Below are positions 12,156 through 22,527 of a stretch of 63,108 nt of DNA, in pieces. Origin of the DNA: an uncultured Spirochaetales bacterium. GTDB taxonomy: Bacteria > Spirochaetota > Spirochaetia > SPDA01 > CAZJBZ01. The number at the start of each line of letters is the position of its first letter. Position 1 is the stretch's first letter. Under the pieces are notes generated by a model. It saw only the letters and a list, made by a program, of their open reading frames with translations. It was not told the origin of the DNA and did no database searches. The DNA lies in the NCBI GenBank assembly GCA_964594055.1, contig CAZQKT010000002.1, forward strand, positions 1-63,108. The letters run 5' to 3'. Both the position numbers and the translations under genes were made by a program.

Positions 12156-12595
12156 AGAAAAGTTATTTGAAGGCAGGAGAAACAAACTTCAAATAACAGG
12201 TGCGGCTCTTGAGCCAAACCGATCATCCTGAATAACGGTACATGGGTATCGGGGTATCCAGTTGTTTACACGGTGGATATTGCGTAAACGGGTGGTAAGG
12301 TGGTACAAGGCGAACCTTTTTTAATCGAAGACGGACAGAGAGTTTTTCGGTCTTGCTGAAAAAGAACGCGTTCGTCAATGAGAAAAGTTTCGACTACCTA
12401 CCATTAGAGGCCTTATCAAGCGCAAACAGAAGTTTACCCGATGTAACGAAGAAAAGAGCAGGACGTACCGCGCACTGCAGGAAATGTTGAGCAGGTTGCA
12501 ATTGAACTTTTATTTATGCAATCAATAAGCTTTTTTTAAAGAGCATAATGATATATTAAGAAGGCTGTTAAAGAGTAGATCTTAAGGAGGAAGAG
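12156..12595 (+). other. long (~435 nt) non-coding leader or ncRNA candidate upstream of tuf
   Basis: No ORF of 60 aa or more in any frame. Visible elements: a perfect 11-bp hairpin GTTATTTGAAG/CTTCAAATAAC (12162-12197) at the predicted +1; GTTTAC/GTAAAC stem (12264-12289); GGTGGTA direct repeat (12291-12305); palindrome GAACGCGTTC (12364-12373). Confidence 0.4.
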
Positions 12596-13786
12596 ATGGC
12601 GAAAGCAAAATTTGAGAGGACGAAGCCACATATCAATGTTGGTACCATCGGCCATGTTGACCATGGAAAGACAACCCTCACCGCAGCTATTACCATGATT
12701 TCTGCAAAGAAATTTGGTGACAGAGTTATGACGTATGATGAGATCGATAACGCTCCGGAAGAGAAGGAAAGGGGCATTACGATCAATACGCGACATGTTG
12801 AGTATCAAACGGATAACAGACACTATGCCCATGTAGACTGTCCGGGACACGCTGACTATATAAAGAACATGATTACCGGAGCAGCCCAAATGGATGGTGC
12901 GGTTCTTGTTGTTGGTGCTGACGATGGGCCCATGTCTCAGACACGGGAACACATTTTATTGGCTCGTCAGGTAAACGTACCTGCGATTATTGTGTTTCTC
13001 AATAAAACAGACCTTGTCGACGATCCGGAACTGATCGATCTCGTTGAAATGGAAGTCCGAGAGCTTCTTACTCAGTACGATTTCCCCGGTGATGACATTC
13101 CTGTGATCAAGGGTTCTGCCTTCCAGGCAATGGAAAATCCGGATGATCCTGAGAAAACCGCACCGGTAGCCGAACTTCTCACCACCATGGATGAGTATTT
13201 TCCGCTTCCGGAACGTGATATCGACAAACCGTTTCTTATGCCGATTGAGGATATTTTCTCAATCCAGGGGCGCGGTACCGTTGTAACGGGAAGGATTGAA
13301 CGAGGTAAAATCGAGGTTGGCAATGAAGTCGAAATCGTGGGTATCCATGATACAACCAAAACTACTGTGACCGGTGTCGAGATGTTCAACAAAATTCTCG
13401 ATTATGGAGAAGCGGGAGATAACATCGGAGCACTTCTGCGCGGTATCGACAAAAAGGCTGTAGAACGGGGGCAGGTTCTCGCAAAACCGGGGACAATCAC
13501 CCCTCACCGGAAGTTTAAGGGAACAATATATTGTCTTACCAAAGAAGAGGGCGGTAGGCACAGTCCTTTCTTTTCCGGGTATAGACCGCAGTTCTATTTC
13601 AGAACAACTGATATTACCGGAACGGTTACCCTTCCTGATGATAAGCAGATGATTATGCCTGGAGACAATACGGAAATCAACGTCGAACTGATTTATCCGA
13701 TCGCAATGGAAAAAGGATTGCGATTCGCCATCCGTGAAGGCGGTCATACCGTCGCAAGCGGCCAGGTAGTGGAAATTGCAGAATAA
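12596..13786 (+). CDS. tuf: elongation factor Tu
   Basis: 396 aa with G motifs [14 protein letters not shown] and NKTD. AAGGAGG lies upstream. Confidence 0.99.
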   Translation: MAKAKFERTKPHINVGTIGHVDHGKTTLTAAITMISAKKFGDRVMTYDEIDNAPEEKERGITINTRHVEYQTDNRHYAHVDCPGHADYIKNMITGAAQMDGAVLVVGADDGPMSQTREHILLARQVNVPAIIVFLNKTDLVDDPELIDLVEMEVRELLTQYDFPGDDIPVIKGSAFQAMENPDDPEKTAPVAELLTTMDEYFPLPERDIDKPFLMPIEDIFSIQGRGTVVTGRIERGKIEVGNEVEIVGIHDTTKTTVTGVEMFNKILDYGEAGDNIGALLRGIDKKAVERGQVLAKPGTITPHRKFKGTIYCLTKEEGGRHSPFFSGYRPQFYFRTTDITGTVTLPDDKQMIMPGDNTEINVELIYPIAMEKGLRFAIREGGHTVASGQVVEIAE

Positions 13787-13798
13787 AAAAAAGATAGT

Positions 13799-13831
13799 TG
13801 TTTCACCGTTTGCTTTGCAGATGGTGAAACA
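13799..13831 (+). promoter_or_regulatory. hairpin between tuf and rpsJ (partial terminator / S10-leader element candidate)
   Basis: TGTTTCACC, a 15-nt loop, then GGTGAAACA. Only a short T-run follows (ATCATAGTTTT). Confidence 0.35.
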
Positions 13832-13858
13832 TCATAGTTTTGGGGGCAAGGAGAAATA

Positions 13859-14170
13859 ATGGCAACGAAAGACAGGATTCGGGTCAGGCTGCGGGGCTTT
13901 GACGTTGAACTCATAGATCAGAGTGCTAAATCCATTGTGCAAACTGTAGCAAAAGCGGGAGCAAAAGTTGCGGGACCTGTACCGCTTCCGACAAAAATAA
14001 ATAAATACACCGTCTTGCGGTCTCCGCATGTTAATAAGAAAGCACGGGAACAGTTTGAAATGAGAACGCACAAACGACTTATCGATATAATCGAACCTTC
14101 ACCTGCCGTTATGGATGCCCTTATGAAATTAGAACTGCCTGCGGGCGTCGATGTCGAAATAAAGCAGTAG
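13859..14170 (+). CDS. rpsJ: 30S ribosomal protein S10 (uS10)
   Basis: 103 aa ([21 protein letters not shown]). Confidence 0.98.
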   Translation: MATKDRIRVRLRGFDVELIDQSAKSIVQTVAKAGAKVAGPVPLPTKINKYTVLRSPHVNKKAREQFEMRTHKRLIDIIEPSPAVMDALMKLELPAGVDVEIKQ

Positions 14171-14221
14171 CAGAAAAGCAGTCGTAGAACAGAATAAACA
14201 GAGAAGTACGTGGGGAAAACG

Positions 14222-14848
14222 ATGATCGGATTGATTGGCAAAAAAGTAGGTATGATGCAGGTATTTGATGAAACAGGTATTCTCACTTCGGTTACCGTTA
14301 TTCAGGTAGAAGATAACACCGTCGTTTCTCAAAGGACCGAAGAGCGGGACGGCTACGAAGCAGTCGTTTTAGGTGTTGGAGAGATGAAGCCGAAACGGGC
14401 AACAAAGCCGTACGCCGGTCAATTTAGTGAAGGAATAACTCCAAAAAAGATGCTGATGGAGTTTCGGGAATTTGAAAAAGAATTTGCGATCGGAGATACT
14501 TTTGGGGTCGAACTTTTTGAAGGATACGGGTTTGTCGATGTAACGGCCGATTCAAAAGGAAAAGGATATCAAGGTGTGATGAAGCGGCACGGTTTTTCCG
14601 GCGGGAAAAAAACCCACGGTTCCAAGTTCCATCGGGGACTTGGTTCTACCGGTATGGCCGCAACGCCCTCAAAAATCCATAAAGGCACGAAAATGCCCGG
14701 AAGAATGGGCAATAAAAAAACAACAGTGCAAAATCTAAAGGTTGTAAAAATCGACTCGGAAAAAAAAGTGTTGCTTGTCAGCGGTTCCGTGCCTGGTGAG
14801 CGGAACGGCCCGGTAATAGTGCGTTCGGCGAAAAAGAAGGAATTATAG
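14222..14848 (+). CDS. rplC: 50S ribosomal protein L3 (uL3)
   Basis: The ATG 14222 product begins MIGLIGKKVGMMQVF, the usual uL3 N-terminus. An in-frame GTG at 14210 is an alternative start. Confidence 0.93.
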   Translation: MIGLIGKKVGMMQVFDETGILTSVTVIQVEDNTVVSQRTEERDGYEAVVLGVGEMKPKRATKPYAGQFSEGITPKKMLMEFREFEKEFAIGDTFGVELFEGYGFVDVTADSKGKGYQGVMKRHGFSGGKKTHGSKFHRGLGSTGMAATPSKIHKGTKMPGRMGNKKTTVQNLKVVKIDSEKKVLLVSGSVPGERNGPVIVRSAKKKEL

Positions 14849-14866
14849 GCAAGGCGGTAATCAACC

Positions 14867-15505
14867 ATGGAAGTGAAAGTCTTTTCAATTAACGGGAAAG
14901 AGAAAAAGAATATAGAACTCAGCGACAAAGTATTCGGCAGAACGGTAAACGAAGGTGTCATCTACTACGCAATAAATAATGAACTTGCGAATAAAAGAGT
15001 AGGGACTGCTTCCGTTAAAACGAGAGGCGAGGTCCGCGGTGCAAAATCCAAACCGTGGAGACAGAAGGGAATCGGTCGTGCTCGGGCAGGAAGAAGACGT
15101 TCTCCAGTGTGGGTAGGCGGAGGCATTACATTCGGACCGAGGCCTAAGGATTACGGTTACAAGATGCCTAAGAAGTCGAAGCGTGCCGCAATGAAGTCGA
15201 TACTGAGTCTGAAAGTTGCCGAAGATTGTCTCAAGGTTGTAGAAGATTTTCGTATTGAATCGGGCAAAACGAAAGATCTCATGACCATACTCAAGAATTT
15301 TGTCCAAAATGAGAATACAGTCCTGATACTTCATGATGATGACAAAATGATAAAACGGGCAGGAAGGAATATTCCTTGGCTCAAGTTTCTTTCTTTCAAC
15401 CGACTCAACGCGCATGATCTTTTTTATGGAAAACATGTTTTGCTGCTCGAGTCGGCTGTGGGAAAATTAAACGATTTCTATAACGGTGACGGTAAAAAGG
15501 AATAG
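14867..15505 (+). CDS. rplD: 50S ribosomal protein L4 (uL4)
   Basis: 212 aa (KPWRQKGIGRARAGRRRSPVWVGGG). Confidence 0.97.
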   Translation: MEVKVFSINGKEKKNIELSDKVFGRTVNEGVIYYAINNELANKRVGTASVKTRGEVRGAKSKPWRQKGIGRARAGRRRSPVWVGGGITFGPRPKDYGYKMPKKSKRAAMKSILSLKVAEDCLKVVEDFRIESGKTKDLMTILKNFVQNENTVLILHDDDKMIKRAGRNIPWLKFLSFNRLNAHDLFYGKHVLLLESAVGKLNDFYNGDGKKE

Positions 15506-15509
15506 AACG

Positions 15510-15812
15510 ATGGACATAGAGAAAGTAATAAAAGAACCGCTGGTAACTGAGAAAACAAATCGTCTTATAGAAGAAACACCGAAAAAGTATGTTTTCAAAG
15601 TTGATGTACGGGCAAACAAACATGAAATTATGGAAGCGGTTCAGCATCTGTTCTCAGTGAAACCGGTGAAGTGCAACGTCATCAATGTTAAAGGGAAGCC
15701 GAGAACAGTCCGTTCCCGTTCCGGATACAAGACGGGCAGCACCGGAGACTGGAAAAAAGCGATAATAACCGTAGCAGAGGGAGACAAAATCGATATTTTT
15801 GAAGGCGTATAA
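15510..15812 (+). CDS. rplW: 50S ribosomal protein L23 (uL23)
   Basis: ATG 15510 lies after AAAAGGA. 100 aa starting [16 protein letters not shown]. The longer ORF from 15486 overlaps the rplD end. Confidence 0.93.
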   Translation: MDIEKVIKEPLVTEKTNRLIEETPKKYVFKVDVRANKHEIMEAVQHLFSVKPVKCNVINVKGKPRTVRSRSGYKTGSTGDWKKAIITVAEGDKIDIFEGV

Positions 15813-15835
15813 AGCGATACGAGGGAGAAAAGACA

Positions 15836-16660
15836 GTGGCTTTAAAACAGTACAAACCGACAACGCCGACACTTCGATATAAAACAACGCTGGTCAACAA
15901 GGAGTTGACTGCTTCAAAAGGGCTTAAGTCAAAAAAGAAAGGAAAAGTCCAAGGAGCCGGAAGAGATTCTAACGGTAGGATCAGTGTGCGAAGACGAGGC
16001 GGCGGACATAAGAGAAAACACAGAATTATAGATTTCATGCGGGACAACCATGGTGTGCCGGGAAAAGTAGTTGCAATCGAATATGATCCGAATAGAAGCG
16101 CAAATATTGCTCTTATCAATTTTGCAAACGGAGACAAGCGATATATTATCGCTCCGAATAGATTGGATGTGGGCTCTGAGGTGATGAGCGGTCCCGAGGC
16201 CCCGATAGAAGTCGGGAATGCACTTCCTCTTGCAAACATCCCGCTGGGAATGACCGTCCATAATGTCGAGCTAAAACTGGGAAAGGGCGGACAGCTGGCC
16301 AGGTCTGCCGGTTCAGGTGCCGTTATTGTTGCAAAAGAGAAGGATTATGTTACCGTAAAACTTCCTTCCGGTGAGATGCGCATGGTGTTCAAACTATGTT
16401 ACGCCACAATCGGTGAAGTTGGTAATGAAGACCACATGAATGTTTCTCTCGGTAAAGCGGGAAGGGCACGCTGGATGGGGAAGAGGCCGAAAGTTCGCGG
16501 TGTTGTTATGAATCCCCATGACCATCCCCACGGAGGCGGTGAAGGAAAGACATCCGGCGGTAGGCATCCGGTATCGCCTTGGGGTCAGCCAACGAAGGGT
16601 TATAAAACTCGTAAGAAGAAAAAACAGTCGGATCATTTTATTGTGAAAAGACGGAAATAG
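15836..16660 (+). CDS. rplB: 50S ribosomal protein L2 (uL2)
   Basis: GTG start, 274 aa ([21 protein letters not shown]). Confidence 0.98.
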   Translation: MALKQYKPTTPTLRYKTTLVNKELTASKGLKSKKKGKVQGAGRDSNGRISVRRRGGGHKRKHRIIDFMRDNHGVPGKVVAIEYDPNRSANIALINFANGDKRYIIAPNRLDVGSEVMSGPEAPIEVGNALPLANIPLGMTVHNVELKLGKGGQLARSAGSGAVIVAKEKDYVTVKLPSGEMRMVFKLCYATIGEVGNEDHMNVSLGKAGRARWMGKRPKVRGVVMNPHDHPHGGGEGKTSGGRHPVSPWGQPTKGYKTRKKKKQSDHFIVKRRK

Positions 16661-16669
16661 GAGTAAGGC

Positions 16670-16948
16670 GTGTCACGATCGATAAAGAAGGGTCCTTTTA
16701 TAGAAAAAAAGTTGTTTAAACGTGTCGTGGAGATGGGCAAATCCGGAGATAAAAAGATGATCAAAACCTACTCCAGATGCTCAACGATTATACCGGAAAT
16801 GGTTGGTTTTACTATTTCGGTATACAACGGAAAACAGTGGGTACCGGTTTATATCACAGAAAATCTGGTAGGGCATAAATTAGGTGAGTTTGCTCCTACG
16901 AGGGTGTTTCGTGGTCATGCCGGTTCAGACAGAAAGATAAAAAAATAA
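16670..16948 (+). CDS. rpsS: 30S ribosomal protein S19 (uS19)
   Basis: GTG start after AGGAG, 92 aa (SRSIKKGPF.., [11 protein letters not shown]). Confidence 0.98.
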   Translation: MSRSIKKGPFIEKKLFKRVVEMGKSGDKKMIKTYSRCSTIIPEMVGFTISVYNGKQWVPVYITENLVGHKLGEFAPTRVFRGHAGSDRKIKK

Positions 16949-16975
16949 CGTACGTATAGAAGTCGTGGAGCTGTC

Positions 16976-17338
16976 ATGAAAGCAAAAAAGGGTTACAGAG
17001 CACAGGGCAATTACATCCTCATGTCTCCGACGAAGATGAGAAGAGTTGCCGACGAAATTCGGAGAAAGCCATACTCAGAGGCAATTGCGCTGTTGGAGAG
17101 TTTGCCACAGAAGAGTGCAGGGATTATCAAAAAGATTATTCAGTCTGCCGCAGCTAATGCGCTGGTGCAGAACAAGCAGCTCGATGAAGAAATGCTCTAT
17201 ATAAAAGATTTGCAGATTAATGAAGGGCCCCGATACAAACGGATCTGGCCGAGAGCGCGGGGGAGAAGGGACATTCTGCTCAAACGCTTGAGTCACGTAT
17301 CGGTTGTTGTAGATGAAATAACGAATACGGGAGATTAA
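16976..17338 (+). CDS. rplV: 50S ribosomal protein L22 (uL22)
   Basis: 120 aa. Supported by position and sequence ([13 protein letters not shown]). Confidence 0.96.
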   Translation: MKAKKGYRAQGNYILMSPTKMRRVADEIRRKPYSEAIALLESLPQKSAGIIKKIIQSAAANALVQNKQLDEEMLYIKDLQINEGPRYKRIWPRARGRRDILLKRLSHVSVVVDEITNTGD

Positions 17339-17339
17339 T

Positions 17340-18041
17340 GTGGGACAAAAAGTAAACCCGAATGGGATGCGATTAGGAATTAATAAAACATGGAAATCCC
17401 GGTGGTATGTAGACCCCAGGGAATATGCTGATACACTGCATGAAGACCTCAGTCTTCGTAAGGCACTCCAGTCTTATCCGGAAACCAAAGGGGCTGAGAT
17501 CGCAGATGTTGAAATCGTGAGGCACCCCCAGCGGATCACTCTTGTTATCCACACTTCGCGTCCCGGTATCATTATTGGTGCAAAAGGTTCGAATATCGAA
17601 AAAATTGGCGCAAGGCTCCAAAAGCTTGCAGGTAAAAAGATCCAGATAAAGATAAAAGAAATTAAGAAACCGGAAAGCCATGCACAGTTGATCGCTGCAA
17701 ATGTGGCACGGCAGCTTCGCTCTAGAAGTTCGTTTAGACGGGCTATTAAGATGGCAGTCAATAACGCGATGAAAGCTGGAGTCCAGGGGATCAAGATCCG
17801 GATCGCCGGAAGACTCGGCGGAGCTGAAATGTCCCGTGAAGTCACTTATAAGGAGGGGCAGATACCTCTCCATACGTTCCGTGCCAACATTGATTACGGG
17901 TTTGCAAAATCCGAGACAACATTCGGCATAATCGGAGTAAAAGTGTGGGTTTTTCACGGCGAAATTCTAAAGAAAGAACAGAAAGAAGATGCGGGTCTTC
18001 TGTTACGTGATAAACGGGAAAAAGTAGGCGTAAGAGGATAA
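17340..18041 (+). CDS. rpsC: 30S ribosomal protein S3 (uS3)
   Basis: GTG start, 233 aa ([15 protein letters not shown] domain). Confidence 0.98.
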   Translation: MGQKVNPNGMRLGINKTWKSRWYVDPREYADTLHEDLSLRKALQSYPETKGAEIADVEIVRHPQRITLVIHTSRPGIIIGAKGSNIEKIGARLQKLAGKKIQIKIKEIKKPESHAQLIAANVARQLRSRSSFRRAIKMAVNNAMKAGVQGIKIRIAGRLGGAEMSREVTYKEGQIPLHTFRANIDYGFAKSETTFGIIGVKVWVFHGEILKKEQKEDAGLLLRDKREKVGVRG

Positions 18042-18046
18042 ATATT

Positions 18047-18463
18047 ATGCTTAGTCCAAAACGAACGAAATATAGAAAACAGCAGCGAAATAGAATCGGA
18101 AACAAAGCATCCAAAGGCAACACGATTGCGTTTGGAGAATACGGACTTATATCCAAAGAACCGAAGTGGATTACAAACAGACAGATCGAGGCAGCTCGAA
18201 TTGCAATGACGAGACATGTAAAACGAGGCGGGAAAGTGTGGATACGTATCTTCCCGGACAAGCCGTATACACAAAAACCGGCAGAGACCCGGATGGGAAA
18301 AGGGAAAGGAAACCCCGAATACTGGGTTGCAGTTGTCAAACCCGGCACTGTGCTGTTCGAAATGGCAGGAGTGCCGAGAGAACTTGCCTATGATGCGATG
18401 AGGCTGGCGGGGAGCAAATTGCCGATAAAAACCAAATTCGTAGTCAGAAGAGACTTGGAGTAG
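18047..18463 (+). CDS. rplP: 50S ribosomal protein L16 (uL16)
   Basis: 138 aa ([14 protein letters not shown].., [14 protein letters not shown]). Confidence 0.98.
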   Translation: MLSPKRTKYRKQQRNRIGNKASKGNTIAFGEYGLISKEPKWITNRQIEAARIAMTRHVKRGGKVWIRIFPDKPYTQKPAETRMGKGKGNPEYWVAVVKPGTVLFEMAGVPRELAYDAMRLAGSKLPIKTKFVVRRDLE

Positions 18464-18468
18464 AGAAA

Positions 18469-18675
18469 ATGAGAGATTCGTTTAACGATCTAACCTACGA
18501 AGAACTGTATACCAAGCGGGAAGAACTGAAGAAAAAACAGAGAGATCTTTCGTTTGACACCGTTGTTGGGCATGTAGATAATCCGCTCGAAAAACGGACT
18601 ATACGCAGACAAATTGCACGGCTTAATACCATTATTCATGAGTACGATCTCGGGATACGGCAGGTAAAGGAGTAA
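18469..18675 (+). CDS. rpmC: 50S ribosomal protein L29 (uL29)
   Basis: 68 aa. Supported by its position between rplP and rpsQ and a helical, K/R-rich sequence. Confidence 0.9.
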   Translation: MRDSFNDLTYEELYTKREELKKKQRDLSFDTVVGHVDNPLEKRTIRRQIARLNTIIHEYDLGIRQVKE

Positions 18676-18678
18676 GAG

Positions 18679-18951
18679 GTGTCAACGAAAAGCGAAAGCA
18701 AAGCCAAACAGAGGAAAACGTATACCGGGATGGTAGTAAGTGACAAAATGGACAAAACAATTGTCATTACTGTCACCACTATGAAATTACATAAGCTGTA
18801 TAAGAAGTATATTACCCAATCGAAACGGGTCAAAGCGCATGATGAGGAGAACAATGCCCGGGTCGGAGATAAGGTAAGAATTGTCGAAACGAGACCGCTG
18901 AGTAAAGAAAAACGGTGGCGCCTCTTAGAAATCGTAGAACGGGCGAAATAA
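18679..18951 (+). CDS. rpsQ: 30S ribosomal protein S17 (uS17)
   Basis: GTG start, 90 aa ([14 protein letters not shown].., [18 protein letters not shown]). Confidence 0.96.
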   Translation: MSTKSESKAKQRKTYTGMVVSDKMDKTIVITVTTMKLHKLYKKYITQSKRVKAHDEENNARVGDKVRIVETRPLSKEKRWRLLEIVERAK

Positions 18952-18975
18952 ATAGGGAGAGAAGAGGGTACTATC

Positions 18976-19344
18976 ATGGTACAGATGATGTCATATCTGA
19001 ATGTAGCGGACAACAGTGGTGCAAAACGAGTGCAGTGCGTCAAAGTACTAGGCGGCAGCAAGAGAAAAACAGCTGGTATCGGGGATATCATCGTTGTAGC
19101 GGTTAAAGATGCGCTGCCGAATGCAGCAATCTCGAGAGGCGATGTCAGACGTGCAGTAATCGTGAGAACGAAAAAGGAGTTCAGACGAAAAGACGGGACC
19201 TACATTCGTTTTGATGATAATGCATGTGTCATAATCGATCTGAACCAGAATCCGCTGGGTAAGAGGATCTTCGGACCGGTCGCACGGGAATTGCGGGAAG
19301 CGAACTTTATGAAGATCATTTCTCTTGCCCCGGAAGTTCTTTAA
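18976..19344 (+). CDS. rplN: 50S ribosomal protein L14 (uL14)
   Basis: 122 aa ([20 protein letters not shown]). Confidence 0.98.
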   Translation: MVQMMSYLNVADNSGAKRVQCVKVLGGSKRKTAGIGDIIVVAVKDALPNAAISRGDVRRAVIVRTKKEFRRKDGTYIRFDDNACVIIDLNQNPLGKRIFGPVARELREANFMKIISLAPEVL

Positions 19345-19359
19345 TCGAGGAAAAACGAT

Positions 19360-19683
19360 ATGAATAGAGAGAGCAAGAAATATAAAATTAAACGGGATGA
19401 TCAAGTAATGGTCATTACCGGTAAAGAGAAAGGGAAAACCGGCAAAGTGCTCAAAATTGACCGAAATAAAGATCGGGTAATCGTGCAGGGTCTCAATATG
19501 GTGAAGAAAGCAGTCAAGCAGCGCCGCCAGAATGAAAAAGGCGGGATCATCGATATCGAGGCCGGTATTCATCTATCAAACGTCATGTTGATGTGCAAGA
19601 CATGCGGTCCCACTCGTGCCGGATATACCTTCGAACAAGCGGGAAAGAAACGAGTATGCCGAAAATGCGGGGAGCAGTTGTAA
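19360..19683 (+). CDS. rplX: 50S ribosomal protein L24 (uL24)
   Basis: 107 aa with a KOW motif ([21 protein letters not shown]). Confidence 0.96.
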   Translation: MNRESKKYKIKRDDQVMVITGKEKGKTGKVLKIDRNKDRVIVQGLNMVKKAVKQRRQNEKGGIIDIEAGIHLSNVMLMCKTCGPTRAGYTFEQAGKKRVCRKCGEQL

Positions 19684-20273
19684 TGGCAAAAGAAACTACA
19701 AAGGAAAAACCTAAAGAAAAACCTAAAGAAAACTACATACCGCGCCTCAAGCAGCGATATAGGCAGATAACGGGAGAGTTAAAAGAAGAGTTCGGTTACT
19801 CTTCATACATGCAGATCCCTGTCGTCCAAAAAGTGGTAGTAAGCATGGGAGTAGGTGAGGCAATAACAAATAAGAAGCTTCTCGATGCCGCACTCGAAGA
19901 AATCGCTTTGATCACGGGTCAGCGTCCGATAAAGACGAAGGCAAAAAAATCAATTGCGAATTTCAAATTACGAAAAGGTATGGAAATTGGTGCAAAAGTC
20001 ACCCTGCGGGGAAACTACATGTGGGAGTTCCTAGACAGACTTCTCAATGTCTCTCTTCCCAGGGTCAAGGATTTTCGGGGTGTGAATCCGAACGCTTTTG
20101 ATGGTCACGGCAACTATTCTTTAGGAATAAATGAACAGATAATTTTTCCGGAAATCGATTACGATAAGATAGAGCGGATTAGTGGGCTCAATATCGTTAT
20201 TGTGACTTCTGCGCCGACAGACCAGGAGGCAAAGAGTATGTTACTAAAACTCGGCATGCCTTTTAGAAAATAA
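19683..20273 (+). CDS. rplE: 50S ribosomal protein L5 (uL5)
   Basis: ATG 19683 overlaps the rplX stop (TAATG). 196 aa. After a short KEKPKEKP extension comes a typical uL5 sequence (PRLKQRY.., [11 protein letters not shown]). Confidence 0.93.
   Translation: MAKETTKEKPKEKPKENYIPRLKQRYRQITGELKEEFGYSSYMQIPVVQKVVVSMGVGEAITNKKLLDAALEEIALITGQRPIKTKAKKSIANFKLRKGMEIGAKVTLRGNYMWEFLDRLLNVSLPRVKDFRGVNPNAFDGHGNYSLGINEQIIFPEIDYDKIERISGLNIVIVTSAPTDQEAKSMLLKLGMPFRK
19701..19733 (+). repeat. 12-nt tandem repeat (about 2.7 copies) encoding [11 protein letters not shown] at the L5 N-terminus
   Basis: AAGGAAAAACCT AAAGAAAAACCT AAAGAAAAC, read directly. Confidence 0.8.
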
Positions 20274-20287
20274 ATGAGGGGATATGA

Positions 20288-20473
20288 ATGGCCAAAAAAT
20301 CATTGATTGTTAAAGCACAAAAAAAACCAAAATACATGACACGCAAGGTAAACAGATGTAGAATTTGCGGCAGACCGCGCGGCTATATGCGGAAATTTCA
20401 AATGTGCAGAATTTGTTTTAGAAATCTGGCAAGTGAAGGTTTGATACCTGGTGTAACCAAATCAAGCTGGTAG
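20288..20473 (+). CDS. rpsZ: 30S ribosomal protein S14, type Z (zinc-binding, 61 aa)
   Basis: 61 aa with [13 protein letters not shown] (4 Cys). Confidence 0.96.
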   Translation: MAKKSLIVKAQKKPKYMTRKVNRCRICGRPRGYMRKFQMCRICFRNLASEGLIPGVTKSSW

Positions 20474-20483
20474 GGAGAAGAAA

Positions 20484-20882
20484 ATGGCAATATCCGATCC
20501 TGTTGCTGATATGTTGACGAAGATCAGGAACGCATGTGTGGCGAACTTTGAAAAAGTAGATATTCCGACGTCAAAGATGAAACTTGAAGTCGTAAAAATC
20601 ATGAAAAACGAAGGCTTCATCAAAAACTTTAAGAAGATTACTCATAACGGTTTTAATTATATTCGTATATTCTTAAAGTATGATGATAATGCTCAGCCGG
20701 TTATCCACGGGATAAAAAAGATTTCAACGCCCGGTAGGAGAATGTATTCAGGCTATAGAAAAATGCCCCGTGTGCTCAACGGGTATGGAACGTTGATCGT
20801 TTCCACTTCTACAGGAATTACCACGGGGAAAAAGGCTGTTGAGAAAAAGGTTGGTGGAGAACTGATCTGTTCAATATGGTAG
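20484..20882 (+). CDS. rpsH: 30S ribosomal protein S8 (uS8)
   Basis: 132 aa ([13 protein letters not shown]). Confidence 0.98.
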   Translation: MAISDPVADMLTKIRNACVANFEKVDIPTSKMKLEVVKIMKNEGFIKNFKKITHNGFNYIRIFLKYDDNAQPVIHGIKKISTPGRRMYSGYRKMPRVLNGYGTLIVSTSTGITTGKKAVEKKVGGELICSIW

Positions 20883-20895
20883 AGGAGATTATGTT

Positions 20896-21435
20896 ATGTC
20901 TCGTGTAGGGATAATGCCGGTAATCATACCGGATGGAGCGAAAGTACAAATTAAAGAAAGTGAAATCACTGTTGAAGGACCAAAGGGGGTCTTAAAGCAG
21001 CGTTTTTCACCTGAGGTAACCATCGAAATAGATAATAACCAAGCGGTTGTTTCGAGAACCAGTGAGACCAAGCGTGCAAAATCGATGCACGGTCTCTATA
21101 GGAATCTTCTCAATAACATGGTTATTGGTGTTACAATAGGTTTTTCAAAGACTCTTCTCATCAATGGAGTGGGTTATAGAGCGGAGGTCCAGGACAATTC
21201 CTTGATACTGAACCTTGGATATTCCAACGCGATCGAAGTCCCTATTCCGGAAGAGCTTGCTATTTCCTGTGAGGGAAATAATAGAATTATCGTCTCCGGC
21301 ATTGATAAACAGAAAGTAGGGCAGATGAGTGCCGATATCAGGTCATTAAGACCGCCTGAGCCGTATAAAGGAAAAGGGATACGGTATGAAAATGAGTACG
21401 TACGGCGGAAAATTGGTAAAGCGGGTGTAAAGTAG
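20896..21435 (+). CDS. rplF: 50S ribosomal protein L6 (uL6)
   Basis: 179 aa (MSRVGIMPV.., PEPYKGKGIRYENEYVRRK). Confidence 0.98.
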   Translation: MSRVGIMPVIIPDGAKVQIKESEITVEGPKGVLKQRFSPEVTIEIDNNQAVVSRTSETKRAKSMHGLYRNLLNNMVIGVTIGFSKTLLINGVGYRAEVQDNSLILNLGYSNAIEVPIPEELAISCEGNNRIIVSGIDKQKVGQMSADIRSLRPPEPYKGKGIRYENEYVRRKIGKAGVK

Positions 21436-21445
21436 AGGTAATACG

Positions 21446-21805
21446 ATGAGAAAACTGCATGATAAACTGCGAAAGCGTACGCAGAGAAAAAACCACATCC
21501 GGAAAAAGCTGGCCGGATCAAAAATCCGACCCCGCATGAGCGTTTTTAAGAGCAATAAACATATGTATGTTCAGGTCATCGATGATGAGGCCGGCAGCAC
21601 AATTGCCTCGGCCAGTACGATCGAACCTGGAAACAAAGAGCTGCGCTTGTGTGTGGAAGACGGTGAGAAATTGGGTACGATTATCGGTGACCGGCTCAAA
21701 GAACAGGGCATTAAAGAAATTGTTTTTGACCGTAACGGATTCCCCTATCATGGAATCGTAAAGGCGGTAGCTGAAGGTGCACGGAAATCAGGAATCAAGT
21801 TTTAG
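21446..21805 (+). CDS. rplR: 50S ribosomal protein L18 (uL18)
   Basis: 119 aa (RPRMSVFKSNKHMYVQVIDD.., FDRNGFPYHGIVKA). Confidence 0.97.
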   Translation: MRKLHDKLRKRTQRKNHIRKKLAGSKIRPRMSVFKSNKHMYVQVIDDEAGSTIASASTIEPGNKELRLCVEDGEKLGTIIGDRLKEQGIKEIVFDRNGFPYHGIVKAVAEGARKSGIKF

Positions 21806-21814
21806 GGGGAAGCA

Positions 21815-22327
21815 GTGGATCAAAATAGACGGGATAGACAGGACCAAGAATACGAATATATAGAAAAACTGATACGATTGAACCGAGTGGCAAAGGTTGT
21901 AAAAGGCGGAAGACGGTTTTCTTTTTCAGCATTGGTCGTTGTCGGTGATCAAAAAGGAAAAGTAGGATATGGTTTCGGAAAAGCAAACGATGTTGCGGAA
22001 GCGATCCGGAAGAGCATCGAGAAGGCAAAGCATAATATGATTTCTGTACCGATGCAGAAGAGTACCATTCCACACCAGGTAATCGGAAGATTCAACAGCG
22101 CAGAAGTGCTGTTGAAACCGGCATCACCGGGTACCGGGGTCATCGCCGGCGGACCGGTCCGTGCAGTCATGGAAGCCGCCGGTATAAATGATATTTTGAG
22201 CAAATCACTTGGTTCCCAAAACACGATGAATATTCTTAAGGCCACCTTTGACGGTCTTGAACATATATTCAATGCAAAAAAAGTAGCGAAAGACAGAGGC
22301 AAGACTCTGCAAGAAATGTGGGGTTAA
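21815..22327 (+). CDS. rpsE: 30S ribosomal protein S5 (uS5)
   Basis: GTG start, 170 aa ([22 protein letters not shown]). Confidence 0.97.
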   Translation: MDQNRRDRQDQEYEYIEKLIRLNRVAKVVKGGRRFSFSALVVVGDQKGKVGYGFGKANDVAEAIRKSIEKAKHNMISVPMQKSTIPHQVIGRFNSAEVLLKPASPGTGVIAGGPVRAVMEAAGINDILSKSLGSQNTMNILKATFDGLEHIFNAKKVAKDRGKTLQEMWG

Positions 22328-22330
22328 TAA

Positions 22331-22525
22331 ATGGCTGGAAAATTGAAGAAACTGAAGATTACACTGGTCAAGAGTGCAGCGGCTAAAAAGCCGAAGCAGC
22401 GTAAAACACTCGATGCACTCGGATTAAGGAAAATTAGTCAAAGCGTTGAAAAAGAGGCAACTCCTGCTAGTATCGGAATGGTCAAAGTTGTCTCCCACCT
22501 TGTCTCGGTAGAGGAGATAAGCTGA
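22331..22525 (+). CDS. rpmD: 50S ribosomal protein L30 (uL30)
   Basis: 64 aa (KITLVKSAAAKKPKQRKTLDALGLRK). Confidence 0.93.
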   Translation: MAGKLKKLKITLVKSAAAKKPKQRKTLDALGLRKISQSVEKEATPASIGMVKVVSHLVSVEEIS

Positions 22526-22527
22526 TT

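Noticed and set aside
12241-12297. 18-codon mini-ORF (MGIGVSSCLHGGYCVNGW) inside the rpsG-tuf spacer, considered as a leader peptide
   Set aside because: It has no Shine-Dalgarno sequence, no run of regulatory codons, and a plausible chance occurrence. I kept the region as an RNA-level candidate only.
12022-12595. Possible tRNA, tmRNA, RNase P, SRP or T-box element in the spacer upstream of tuf (E. coli tufB follows tRNA genes)
   Set aside because: No GTTCGAATC-type T-loop with matching acceptor stems was found. No GGAAAGTCCGG (RNase P), tmRNA tag region or T-box consensus was visible by eye. A covariance-model scan is still needed.
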